Source of the DNA: Chiloscyllium plagiosum
Taxonomy: Eukaryota
Length of the DNA stretch: 59,882 nucleotides
Assembly (NCBI RefSeq): GCF_004010195.1
Contig: NC_057720.1
Coordinates: 20,885,677-20,945,558, forward strand
Direction of reading: 5' to 3'
Shown here: piece by piece, positions 24,210 through 35,425 of the stretch
Numbering within the stretch: position 1 is the first letter of the stretch
Layout of the letters: every line of letters starts with the position of its first letter
Made by a program: the position numbers and the translations under genes
The notes under the pieces: generated by a model
Databases searched by the model: none
What the model was told of the DNA's origin: nothing
The model's input: only the letters and a program-made list of their open reading frames with translations

Positions 24210-24536
24210 TGGTAGCACAGTGGTTAGCACTGTTGCTTCACAGCGCCAGAGACCCGGGTTCAATTCCCGCCTCAGGCGACTCTCTGTGTGGAGTTTGCAC
24301 ATTCTCCCCGTGTCTGCGTGGGTTTCCTCCGGGTGCTCCGGTTTCCTCCCACAATCCAAAAATGTGCAGGGGTTAGGTGAATTGGCCATGCTAAATTGCC
24401 CGTAGTGTTAGGTGAAGGGGTAAACGTAGGAGTATGGGTCTGGGTGGTATACGCTTCGGCGGGTCGGTGTGGACTTGTTGGGCCGAAGGGCCTGTTTCCA
24501 CACTGTAAGTAATCTAATCTAATCTAATCTAATCTA
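24210..24536 (+). mobile_element. HE1-type V-SINE, young full-length copy
   Basis: CpGs retained; (TAATC)n tail. Confidence 0.93.
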
Positions 24537-25044
24537 CTGTTTAAATCTGAAGAATTACACATGGCAGAAGATTAAAATCTTCTAAAATACTAATCGTGAC
24601 TAGGATAAAGGTTATGGTTTGACATTTGTTTTGGGAATGCTACAATGATGTCCTAAAATTCTTCATCAGTTTCATTATTCTTTTGGTGTCCAATAAGTCT
24701 ACAGAAATAAAAAGCTCATTTACTTTCATTTAAAACTGAGTCATGGGAGAGGAGAAGAGGAACATGATGCATTGAATTCAGAGAGCTGCAATAAGAATGG
24801 GGACACGTTATGATCTGAACCATAAAAGTTGATTATTACCCACAAGTAAAATTTGTCAAAGTTTGGGAAACAAAGATGCAGAATGGAGAAAGGGAGTTAT
24901 ATTAATACTTCATTATTTGTCTTCAAATAGCTGTCTATTTAACAGTGATACACATAGTACTTACATGCAATTTAACCTAACTATAGCAATGAAAACCTAT
25001 ACCGAAGATAATTTGTTAGCTAAACAATTGACATTTGTAAATGT

Positions 25045-25193
25045 AGTTTCTGGATTAGTGGTGCTGGAAGAGCACAGCAGTTCAGGCAGCATCCAAGGAG
25101 CTTCGGGATGCTGCCTGAACTGCTGTGCTCTTCCAGCACCACTAATCCAGAATCTGGTTTCCAGCATCTGCAGTCATTGTTTTTACCTCGTTG
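25045..25193. mobile_element. Penelope-derived hairpin mini-element with 12-bp TSD
   Basis: ATTTGTAAATGT at 25033-25044 and 25194-25205; near-perfect inverted arms. Confidence 0.85.
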
Positions 25194-25254
25194 ATTTGTA
25201 AATGTGGTATCAATATAGTCTGATACTCTGTTCGTTAGTTCCCAGTATCTATCT

Positions 25255-25456
25255 AGGCAAAAACAATGACTGCAGATGCTGGAAACCAGATTCTGGATTA
25301 GTGGTGCCGGAAGAGCACAGCAGTTCAGGCAGCATTCAATGAGCAGTAAAATTGACGCTTCATTCCTGATGAAGGGCTTTTGCCCGAAACGTCGATTTTA
25401 CTGCTCCTCGGATGCTGCCTGAACTGCTGTGCTCTTCCAGCACCACTAATCCAGAA
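25255..25456. mobile_element. Penelope-derived hairpin mini-element with 14-bp TSD
   Basis: CCCAGTATCTATCT at 25241-25254 and 25457-25470. Confidence 0.87.
25361..25397 (+). ncRNA. Minimal type I hammerhead ribozyme motif
   Basis: CATTC-CTGATGA(25366)-A-GGGC TTTT GCCC-GAAAC-GTC(25391-93)-GATT; core intact. Confidence 0.65.
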
Positions 25457-25765
25457 CCCAGTATCTATCTGCAGAAGTGTCAAAATCCCTGGCCATCTCT
25501 ATGCAATACCCAAGATTATGCTGCACACTCATTTCAGAAATTAATTGCAAGTAACAATAGCATATTCCAACAATACGAAGACTAAATATCTTTTGCAGCA
25601 TGTCACATGTCAGTTTCGTTGGCATGCAACTATCTGCATGTTCCACATTTGATGTGATGTTTTCTTCTGCAGAAACTTAACTCACTTCCGGGGTCCCCTT
25701 ATCCTTTACAAACACGGAGAGGCACAGCCGCCACTGGTCTTACCCTGCCTCCGAAATTAACTTAC

Positions 25766-25910
25766 CGGAACCGAGCACCACCAGCACACTGGCGGAGCCG
25801 CGCCTGCCCACTTTGGGAGCTCCATTTCTCCCGAGTACCAGGAAAATCCTGGCAATAAGAATACAGCCGAGAGCAAATACTACCACAGCAACTCCGCAGC
25901 ACAAACCCAT
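25766..25910 (-). CDS. ALG14: ALG14 UDP-N-acetylglucosamine transferase subunit, coding exon 1
   Basis: Minus strand from ATG (cat at 25908-25910) reads MGLCCGVAVVVFALGCILIARIFLVLGRNGAPKVGRRGSASVLVVLGS+G, then donor G|GTAAG (cttac 25761-25765). Hydrophobic N-terminus and VLVVLGSG match ALG14 (..ILVVAGSGGHTTE..). 145 nt, phase 1. Not in the ORF track. Confidence 0.95.
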
Positions 25911-25925
25911 TGAGCCCAGGATTGA

Positions 25926-26520
25926 CTGTCAATCAAACCCGGCGCAGCCGCACTCGGCAGCTCGATCACCACTGTCAATCAAACCCGACGCAGCCGCACT
26001 CGGCAGCTCGATCACCACTGTCAATCAAGTCCTGCGCAGCCGCACTCGGCAGCTCGATCACCGTCAATCAAGTCCCGCGCAGCCGCACTCGGCAGCTCGA
26101 TCACCACTGTCAATCAAGTCCCGCGCAGCCGCACTCGGCAGCTCGAGCACCACGGTCAATCAAGACCCGCGCAGCCGCACTCGGCAGCTCGAGCATCACG
26201 GTCAATCAAGTCCCGCGCAGCCGCACTCGGCAGGTCGGCATTGGTCAAGCCTTGCGCAGCCGCACCCGGTATCTCAACCATGGCTATCAGCAGGACGGTC
26301 ACTTCGACCAATCAAATCCCGCGCAGCCGCACTCGGCAGCCCGAACACCGCTGTCAATCAAAATCTGCGCAGCCGCACTCAGCAGCCCGAACACCGCTGT
26401 CAATCAAAATCTGTGCAGCCGCACCTTGTATCTCAATCACAGCCGGATCTGTGCAGCCGCACCTTGTATCTCAATCACAGCCGGCTATCGAATCCCGCGC
26501 AGCCGCATTCGGCACCTCCC
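25926..26520. repeat. 46-bp CpG-rich minisatellite immediately upstream of the ALG14 start codon
   Basis: Unit ~CAATCAAGTCCCGCGCAGCCGCACTCGGCAGCTCGATCACCACTGT; CAATC starts at 25930, 25976, 26022, 26065, 26111, 26157, 26203, then degenerate units to ~26520. Confidence 0.92.
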
Positions 26521-26879
26521 CTGCACAGTTTGAAATTCCGAATCAATTCACAAGGTTGATTGGCGCAATGTTCTGCTGTCTCTGGTGGTAAAAAGGACCT
26601 GAATCGGGGCAGGGATGTTGGCGTTCCTTTCTCCGCATGGAAACCTGAAAGTGCCAATGAATGACTCACTTTCTGGTCCTGATGTTGCTGAGGGTAACCC
26701 AGCTCTCTCTCTCTCTCTCTCTGTTACCAAGTGACGTTCGCGCCAGCTGAAACCATGTGACCCAAATGGTGACCCTTTAAGACACTCAGTTCCAGATGGA
26801 GGGGTTGGATGGCACAGTTCCATAGTGAGTTCATCTCTGCACCCAGCAGGAAGGGAGTGCAACAGATGGGGAGGTGCTC

Positions 26880-29150
26880 ACATTCTAACCATGACTCACC
26901 TTCACCTGGCCCATCTCTGACTTTTCTCTGACCTCTCTGTTTCTATTTCTGGGGATAGTCTATCCTCTCAGCCAGCAGGACTACCCTTCCTCATACCCTG
27001 CTTCCTGCAAGGAATCCTGTCTATTCTCCCAGTTTCTCCATACGTGTCACATCTATTCTAATGCTGTCCCTTCAGCAGATATGCCTCCAACATGTTCCCC
27101 GTCTTGCTCAGAATTGGCCTTCCACGATGCTTGACTGGGCCCTCAGCCATGTTGAACTCTTTCCTACACTCTGCCCTTACTCCTTCCTCCCAAGGCAAAA
27201 GGCTACTCCTTGATCTCACTTTCCACCCAGCCAGTCATTGCATTCAAACGATCATTCTCTGCCACTGCTAACAGGAGGCTGGAAGAGCACAGCAAGCCAG
27301 GTAGCATCAGGAGGTGGAGAGATTGATGTGTCAGGTATAACCTTCAGGAATGGAGGCGGGGTAGAGGGAGCTACAGATTAAGGCAGGGTGGGTTAATGGT
27401 GGACAGAGGGAGAAAATGGTGAGGTGGTGCTTGGTGAATGCAGTTGGTTGGTATGACCTGGTTAGTCAATAGGAGGATTGAATCTGGTTGGCAGCTGGAA
27501 GGAGGGGTTGGTCGGAGGGATGGAAGGGAGGAGATGGGGCTGGAAAAGGAGTCAGGGAATGGGTGGAAAGGTTATTTGAAATTGGAGAAACTCTATGTTG
27601 AGCCCTCCAGTATGTAGGCTGCCCAGGCAGAAGGTGAGATGTTCCACCAATTTGCGATCTGATTCACTGCAGTGGAGGAAACCAAGGATGGTCATGTCAA
27701 AGAGGGAGTGGGAAGGGAAATTGAAATGCACTGGGAGGTCAGGCTTGCCTTTAAGGACCTGGCTGAGATGCTTGGTGAGACATGCCCTTAATTTACATTT
27801 GGTCTCACTGATGTAGACAAGACCACATCAGGAGCACTGGATACAGTAAACTAGGATTGTTTGGGGCCCTGGATGGAAGTGAGGGAGGTGGTGTGCTGGC
27901 GGGTTTTGCATATTTTAGAGTTGGGCATAGGGTGGCGCAAACCAAGGAGTGGTAAAGGGAATGGCCCTTATGGAAGGCAGAGTGGGGTGGGGAGGGAAAG
28001 ATGCTATTGGTGGTGGGGTCTAGTTGGAGTTGGCGAAAGTGTTTGTGGATGATACACTGGATGTGTAGACTGGTGGAATGGCAAGGGGGTCCTTATCTTT
28101 ATTATGTTTGAACAGGATGGGGTTTAGAGCAGTGGAGTAGGGAATGGAGGAGGTGCAGTAAAGGGCTGTCTGGATGACAGAGGGAGGAAAAGCACGGTGT
28201 TTAAAGTAGGTGGACATCTGGGATGCTTGGGAATGGACCGTCTCCTCATCAGCAATTATGATAGAGATGGAGGAATTTGGAAAACGGGATGGAGTTTTTT
28301 CAGGATATGGGGTGGGAGGAGGTGTCATCCAGATAGTTATGGGAGTCTGCGAATTTGTAGTAAATGTCAGTCCGTAAGCTGTTGCTGGAGATGGTTACCA
28401 CCACCAAACACATCTTCCCCTTCCATTCAGTTCCTGAATGTCCAAGGCCCCAAGCACACATTCCAGGTGAAACAGCAATTTTCTTGTATTTCTTTCAATC
28501 TAATCTCCTGGATTTTCTGCTTCCCAAGCTGTCTCCTTTACAGTGCTGAGACTAAATTCATATTTGTGTGACCACTTTGCAGAACACCTCTGTTTTGTTC
28601 ACTGGAGTGACCACACCCTTCCAGTTGCTTGCCATTTCAAATGAACCATCTTACCCCCATGCTTACACTTATGTTCTTCACCAGCTGCAATGTTCCAACA
28701 AAGCTCAAATTAAATTGGAGAAAGAGTACTCATTTTCCATTTAGGCGCTGCACAGCCTCGAGCACTCAGCATTGAATTCAACAACTTCAGAGCATGACCT
28801 CTGACTTCCATTTTGATTTGCACTCCCCACTATCTCTTGTTTCTGTCTTGTTGGCTTTGCTCTCGGCAGAGTGGACCCATTTCTCCTATACACACATAAT
28901 TTGCAACTATTTGACATTTCTATCATTGAATTTATCATCATTAGCTTTCCCTTTATCTACTCTGGGCTGCCTTACAATCTGTTCCACTTGCTCCTCTTTC
29001 CCCTCTGTCTGCAGCAAAAACCAACACCATTTTCTATCCCTTTCCAGTGCTGTAGAAGAGTCATATCAAACTTGAAATCTTAACTCCTATTTTTCTCTCT
29101 CCACAAATGAAGCCAGACCTGCTGAATTTCTCCAGCATTTTTTACTTTTG
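26880..29150. mobile_element. Degenerate Penelope elements in both orientations
   Basis: Plus strand QGPKHTFQVKQQFSCISFNLISWIFC..LLYSAETK (28440-28570, GIY-YIG); minus strand SQASQMSTYFKHRAFPPSVIQTAL; pLTR end near 29050-29150. Confidence 0.75.
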
Positions 29151-29159
29151 TTCTCCACG

Positions 29160-30330
29160 TTATGGTGCAGTTGGACCTGGACTGCTGTAGTATCTGAGGA
29201 GTCCTGGATGGTGCTAAACATTGTGCAATCATCAACAGATATCCCACGTCTGACCTTACGGCAGAGGGAAGATTATTGATGAAACAGCTGAAGATGGCTG
29301 GGCTGAGGACACTACCCTGAGGAACTCCTGCGGAAGTGTCCTGGAGCTGAGATGATGGACCTGGAACAATCAACCATCTTCACTTGTGTCACTAGAGAGT
29401 TTTTTTCTCTGATTCCCATTGATTCAAGTTTCCCTCAAGCTCCTTGATGCTGTTCTCAGTCGAATGTGGCCTTGATATAAAGATCAGTCACGTTCACCAC
29501 TGCTCTGGTGTTTGGTTCTTTAGTCCATTTTTGAACCAAGGTATTAATGAGGTCCATGGCCTGTCAGTGAGCTGGTTATTGCTCAGCATGGTAAATGACC
29601 CATTTTATCACCATACTGAAGATCAAGAGTAGATTAGAGTGGTGCTGGAAAAGGCAGCATCCGAGGAGCAGGAAAATCAACGTTTCATACAAAAGCCCTT
29701 CATCAGGAATGAGGCTAGGAGCCTCATTGTGACTTCACCAGTTTCCTTATTTCCCCTCCCCCCACCTTACCCTAGTTCCAACCTGCCTGCTCAGCACCAT
29801 CCACATGATCTATCCTACCTGCCAATCTTCCTTCCTTCCACCCTCCTCTCCGACCTATCATCTTCATCCGCACCTCCATCCACCTATTGTAACTCTTAGC
29901 TACCTTCTCCCCAGCCCCACCCCCCTCCCATTTATCTCTCCACCCCAAGGCTCCCTGCCCCATTCGTGATGAAGGGCTTTTGCCTGAAATGTCGACTTTC
30001 CTGCTCCTCAGATGCTGCCTGACCTGCTGTGCTTTTCCAGCACCGCTCTAACCTAGACTCTCCAGCATCTGCAGTACTCACTTTCACCCTGAAGGTGAAG
30101 AGAAAACTGGTGGGGTAAAGGGCAGTTATGGTGCAATGGTAGTGGCCCAACCTCTGAGCCAGGAGGCCTGGGTTCACATTTTCACCTGCTCTTGAAGTGT
30201 GCAATAACATCCTTGATTAGATTGATTTGAAAATATCAAGATTGATGGGTTGAATTTGTGTATAAGGGACACGTGGGCAATTTTCCACATTGCCAGATAG
30301 ATGTCAGTGGTTTAGCTGGAACTAGAACAG
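29160..30330 (-). mobile_element. Old CR1-clade LINE RT fragment, interrupted by a Penelope inverted element (~29632-30087) and a short SINE (~30120-30235)
   Basis: QDTSAGVPQGSVLSPAIFSCFINNLPS. Confidence 0.75.
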
Positions 30331-30334
30331 CATT

Positions 30335-30660
30335 TTTTAATTCATGGGGTGTGGACGTCACTGGTTAGGCCAGCATTTATTGCCCATCCCTTATTGCTCA
30401 GAGAGTTGTTAAAGTCAATCGCATTGCTGTTTATCTGAAGTTACACATAGGCCAGACCTGATAATGATGGCAGATGTCCTTCCCAATAGGATATTTGTGA
30501 ACCAGATGGGTTTTTTTCCAACAATCAGTGATTACATAGTCACTATTACTCCAGCATTTTGTTCTAGATAGTTATTGAATTAAAATTTCACTATCTGCTC
30601 TGATGGGATTCAAATCATGTCCCCACCAGATTACCCTTCGGTAATGGATTACTAGTTCAG
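30335..30660 (-). mobile_element. tRNA-derived SINE sharing its 3' tail with the old CR1-clade LINE
   Basis: CCAGCATTTATTGCCCATCCC..CATTGCTG..GGCCAGACC..GAACCAGATGGG; same family as 57365-57690 and 53680-56180. Confidence 0.7.
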
Positions 30661-32440
30661 GGATCTGATCCATTGATTGTCGAATTGCTCAGCTCTGTCC
30701 ATCACTTGTCCATTACAGTGTTTGGTCCTGTGTCTTTGCCTCACTAGGTGAAACTTCATTTTTAGGTATGCCTGGTGCTGGTCCAACTTGAATTGTACCA
30801 AGGAACAGCCACATTTCTGTGGGGTAAACAACATCTTAATTCTCATCTTTCTTGATGTAAGATAGATTTAATCAGGTGTGTGTAGGAAAGGAGAACCTTT
30901 CGTGGGTGGCATCGTGCCTCAGTGCACTACAGGGATTCTGGGATTTGCTCCTCACAGTCCATTCGGTGGAAAGCACGAGCAAGGCACTGCCTGCTTTAAG
31001 CTTTTGGTTCGGGCGGGGGGAGAGAGAGAGACAGGAGGAGGAGGAAAGGACGGAGGAGGAGGAAAGGACAGAGAAGTCGGAAGGTCAGGGGAGAAAATGC
31101 ATAGCAAACACCACACAAAAATAATATTGTTCAAGGATATTACTGGGTCCAGTTTTATTGTGGACAGGAGATCCTTGTGTTTTAGCTCAACCTGATATAT
31201 TACAAAAATTCTGTTGTTTGATCTTCACTGCTGCAATCTTGTCTCATTATTAATGCATTTATTCAGTAGCTCATAGTCATAAGTCATGACCTGATGCATT
31301 ATTTATTGTACTGCTTTCCAAAGCCAAGGAGATCAGATGAACGTATGTGGTACATCTAATTTACTGAATAAACTGCTATACATTTGTGTCTGTCCCCGTC
31401 CTCAATTTTCAAGACATGGGCTTTTCAGATTGATTTAAAAAAAAAACACCTTAAGTTTATGACATCGTCTGCATTTCATTTCACTGAACTACAAACTGAA
31501 CTCACTGAATCCCAGAATGGAGATTAAAGATCTTCTTCACAAACAGGGTTTCACTGGCGTACTTGAAGGTGTGTTGCCTTACAGTCACCTGTCAATTTTC
31601 CAATTGATCAAAGCAATACTTCTTGATCAAAGCAACGTTTTCTTTCTTACACAGCCTTCTGATTGGAAATCAGGTGCAGAAAGAAATCTGTCTTCATTTC
31701 TTTAGTCTACTCTCTTACAAAGTTTAACCATAACGTAGGAGTTTAGTTATTATGCAGTAACAACAGTAGTTGTATTAGTTTTAAATATTGTTCGTGGGTC
31801 ATTAACTTTGAACAATTAGCGGATGATTAGCTCAAGAACAATGTGAACTTCATCAGTCATGACTATTACCAATAGAACGTGTAAGAATATTTTATCTAGC
31901 CTACCTTGTTGTCTGCTGCTTTGTTAGCTACAGATCTACATGCTCACAAAGGTCTGATTCAGATTCCAGCTTTATTTTTTTCCCTTTTGAGTTGCCTGGT
32001 CTGTCTCAGTAAACATTCCATGGTCCCGTCTGGTGCATAGGAATGGTTTCTGTAACTTTGTTATCCTTAGGAAATCCATGCACCAAATGAGGACTGAGTG
32101 TAAATGCTCAAGGTTGCTATCCATTTATGTTACACATTGTACAACTTTTAAAGTATTATTCTGTGAGGTCCTCTGCAAAAGGTTGTATTGTTTCATTTAA
32201 AGTTATTAAATGCCTTTACAACCAATTTGTTGCAGTAAAATAACATGCCAAACACAATAGCCACATTAAAACATATCACTATTGCCAGCTCTCCAAAAAA
32301 GCAGTCATTTAAAAACAAGCATCTCATCAACAACACACAAACTCAGTAAAAGCAGTGTTTGATTTAATTAGGAAATAAATTAGCAAACTCTGAGACAAGA
32401 GATTAATCGTGCTTCCTCTCCAGAGGGAAACACCCATATA

Positions 32441-32756
32441 GATTGGATTACTTACAGTGTGGAAACAGGCCCTTCGGCCCAACAAGTCCACACCAACCCG
32501 CCGCAGGGTAACCCACCCAGACCCATTCCCCTATATTTACCCCTTCATCTAACACTACGGGCAATTTAGCATGGCCAATTCGCCTAACCTGCACATGTTT
32601 GGACTGTGGGAGGAAACCGGAGCACCCGGAGGAAACCCACGCAGACACGGGGAGAATGTGCAAACTCCACACAGAGAGTCGCCTGAGGTAGGAATTGAAC
32701 CCGGGTCTCTGGCACTGAGAGGCAGCAGTGCTAACCACTGTGCCACCGTGCCGCCC
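32441..32756 (-). mobile_element. HE1-type V-SINE, abutting a Penelope pLTR fragment (32757-32892)
   Basis: Full reverse-complement HE1; then GAAGGGCTTTTGCCCGAAAC..CATCTGCAGTCCTCACTTTTGCC. Confidence 0.9.
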
Positions 32757-34257
32757 ATCAGGAAGGGTGAAGGGCTTTTGCCCGAAACATTGATTTTCCT
32801 GCTCCTCAGATGCTGCCTGACCTACTGTGCTTTTCCAGCACAACTCTGATCTAAACTCTGGTTTCCAACATCTGCAGTCCTCACTTTTGCCTACATGAAT
32901 CAGAGCTCAGGGATACTATTGGTCAGGCTGTTGTTGTGATTTGGAAAAGGACTAATAAAGTCTGCTATTCAGTCTGGAGAAAGAAGAATTTCAGAAGACG
33001 CGGCGCCCTACCTAATTGGTTCATGGCCTTTTTAAATGTCACTTCTGTTGTGCTTGTTCGAAGACAGTGTGATTTTATCACACATGACAAATTTGTGAAC
33101 CTTGTCTAAAAGCATTCATGCCAGCAGTGGTATCGTATTTGGTCAGACCCTGAGTGTGACAATTAAAGTGACATTGGATTTCTACACTAATAGTTAGAAG
33201 CTAGCTGACATAAGTTGACATAGGAGCAGTCTATAGGAGGTTAGATAGTTTTAAGTCTGAAATATGAAAACAAATTGAGGCTTAAAATAGCATAGAAAAG
33301 CAAAGCATTCTGGAAACACCAGTGTTTATTTATTTTTCATTATATTTCATATTGTTGTTCAATGTACATGTTATGACAATAATATATATTCCATAATGTG
33401 AGATTATTTCAAATTCTGCTTTAAGCACAGCACTTTAAAGAGACTAAGTTAAACAGAATGCAAAAATCATTTTCAAGCATTTGATACAATGCAAGTTGGT
33501 TTACAAGTACACAACAGGTACCTGGAGAATAGGGAAATAGTTTTTTTTATCCACAAGCCTTTCCAAATCCAGAAAACACGCACAATAGGATAAATACTCA
33601 GTTAATTTGTTTTTGTTGGTGTCAGTTGAAGGAGCAATTTCAGCCATTACAATGCATGAACATAAAGACACCAGCGGCTCATTAAAATCAGCAATCCCTC
33701 AGGTACCTAGCCAACTCCCAAACAGTGGAAAATTGTGAAATGGGAGCTGAGGTGGAAATGTTAGATGAGTAGTGAGCATCAAGTACAAATAAAATCCAAT
33801 GAAATTAATACCAGCCGAACAAGTCAAAACAGAACAAAAAAACAAACACAACAGGAAGTAAATATTCACAAATCTATCACATAAATTGAAGTGGTTCAAA
33901 AGAAAACATGGAGTGGAAAATCTGTGACCCTCCATACAATTTCACCTGCTACCTTAATGTCACATGATTTTATATCATCATAGAGTTTATTTTTCAACAT
34001 ATGAGATGCAGTTGTGCTGCAAAATATTAGAATGCAAAAGTATTAATGCATTGTATGAAACACCTTTGCTCTTTTAAGAAAGGTGAAAAATAGATGCTGG
34101 GTGGTGGGAGGGACAATGATTAAAATAAAAGCCACAGCAATTTCTTATCATTTGTTTTATTTGTCCTACGATCTGCTCCCAAAGACAAAAGTGACAAATG
34201 TAGTCTCTGAAACACAAGTGAGATTCAAGAATCTGATTTCAGACCCAACAGTGGATA

Positions 34258-34785
34258 CAGAGTCATGGAGATGTGCAGCCTGGAAACAGACCCTTCAGTC
34301 CAACCCATCCATGCCAACCTGATATCCAAAATTAGTCTTGTCCCATTTGTCAACACTTGGCCCATATCCCTCCAAACCCTTCCTATTCATACACATGCCT
34401 TTTAATTGTACCCAGCCTCCCCTACTTCCTCTGGCAGTTCATTCCGTACACGCACCACCCTCTGCATGAAAAAGTTACCCCTTAGGTCCCTTTTAAATCT
34501 TTCACCTCTACGCCCTCTAGTTTTGGACTTGCATAACTTGGGGAAAAGACATTGATTATTGACCCTATCCATGCTCCTCATGATTTTATCAACTTATATA
34601 TAAGGTCATCCCTCAGCCTCCAAGACTCTGGGGAAAATAGCCCCAGCCTCCTCAGCCTCTGCCCATAGCTCAAACTTTCCAATCCTGGAAACGTTCTTGT
34701 AAATCTTTTCTGAACCCTTCACATATCTTTCCTCTAGCCGGGAGAGCAGAATTGAATGCAGCATTCCAAAAGTGGCCTAACCATC
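34258..34785 (-). mobile_element. CR1/HER1 3' fragment
   Basis: Same 3' UTR/ORF2 end as the other CR1 copies. Confidence 0.88.
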
Positions 34786-35425
34786 ATTTGGAATGCTTCA
34801 GTAAGATATGAAATGGTACAGCAACATTGCAAATCTTTTGTCTTTACAGCAACCTTCAAATATTGACAGATTTGTTTGTTAATTTCCTATGACAGTTTCA
34901 GCCGTTCATATGAAACTTATTATTGAAGAGAGCAATAACCAGAATCATGAACTAACATAATCATTGAATACCAAAATCAAATGATAAACGGAAAAGAATT
35001 AATGACTGTAGATTTTGAATCTCCACATAGGATTTCTTAATTCTGGGGACTCAAGTTTGAAAATTTATGGCTTATTTCCAAATGTGTTCTTTCCTACTTT
35101 TCTTGCAGCTTATTTGGGAATTGCAGTTTTTCCTTTGCAATGGCTGTACCACTTCAATACACCGAATATAACATTTCAAAACCAGATAACCAATCCATAT
35201 TGATAAATTCAGAGTCAAGGAAATGTACGCAAATATCAGGGATATGAATTCATCTGCTCTCCTAACAGGCTTAGGCAGTGCACACCTTCTATAGGGTTGC
35301 TGAATGTGCACTAGGGTAGATTTTCAATAAGTATTGTTGAATTTTGCTGTTTTGAAGTTTACAGTGGTGCTGAGTTGTTATTTAGTACAGCATAGGTTCT
35401 CAAGAAGTCAAATCTCTTGCTTGCA

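Larger units (their letters stand above)
25680..26620 (-). promoter_or_regulatory. CpG-island promoter/5' region of ALG14
   Basis: Dense CpG around exon 1 in an otherwise CpG-poor window; ETS-like ACTTCCG (~25684), CCAAT motifs (~26308, ~26559) and repeated CTGTCAATCA. Confidence 0.7.

Noticed and set aside
24210..24280. tRNA genes (A/B boxes, here and at many other sites)
   Set aside because: They are heads of HE1 and other SINEs, continuing into the V-domain and LINE tail.
25926..26520. CRISPR-like repeat array
   Set aside because: Units are contiguous tandem copies with no unique spacers, no cas genes, and a vertebrate context. The same applies to 43297-44813.
25813..26591. 248/207/116-aa + strand ORFs
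   Set aside because: Translations of the 46-bp promoter minisatellite, antisense to ALG14 exon 1.
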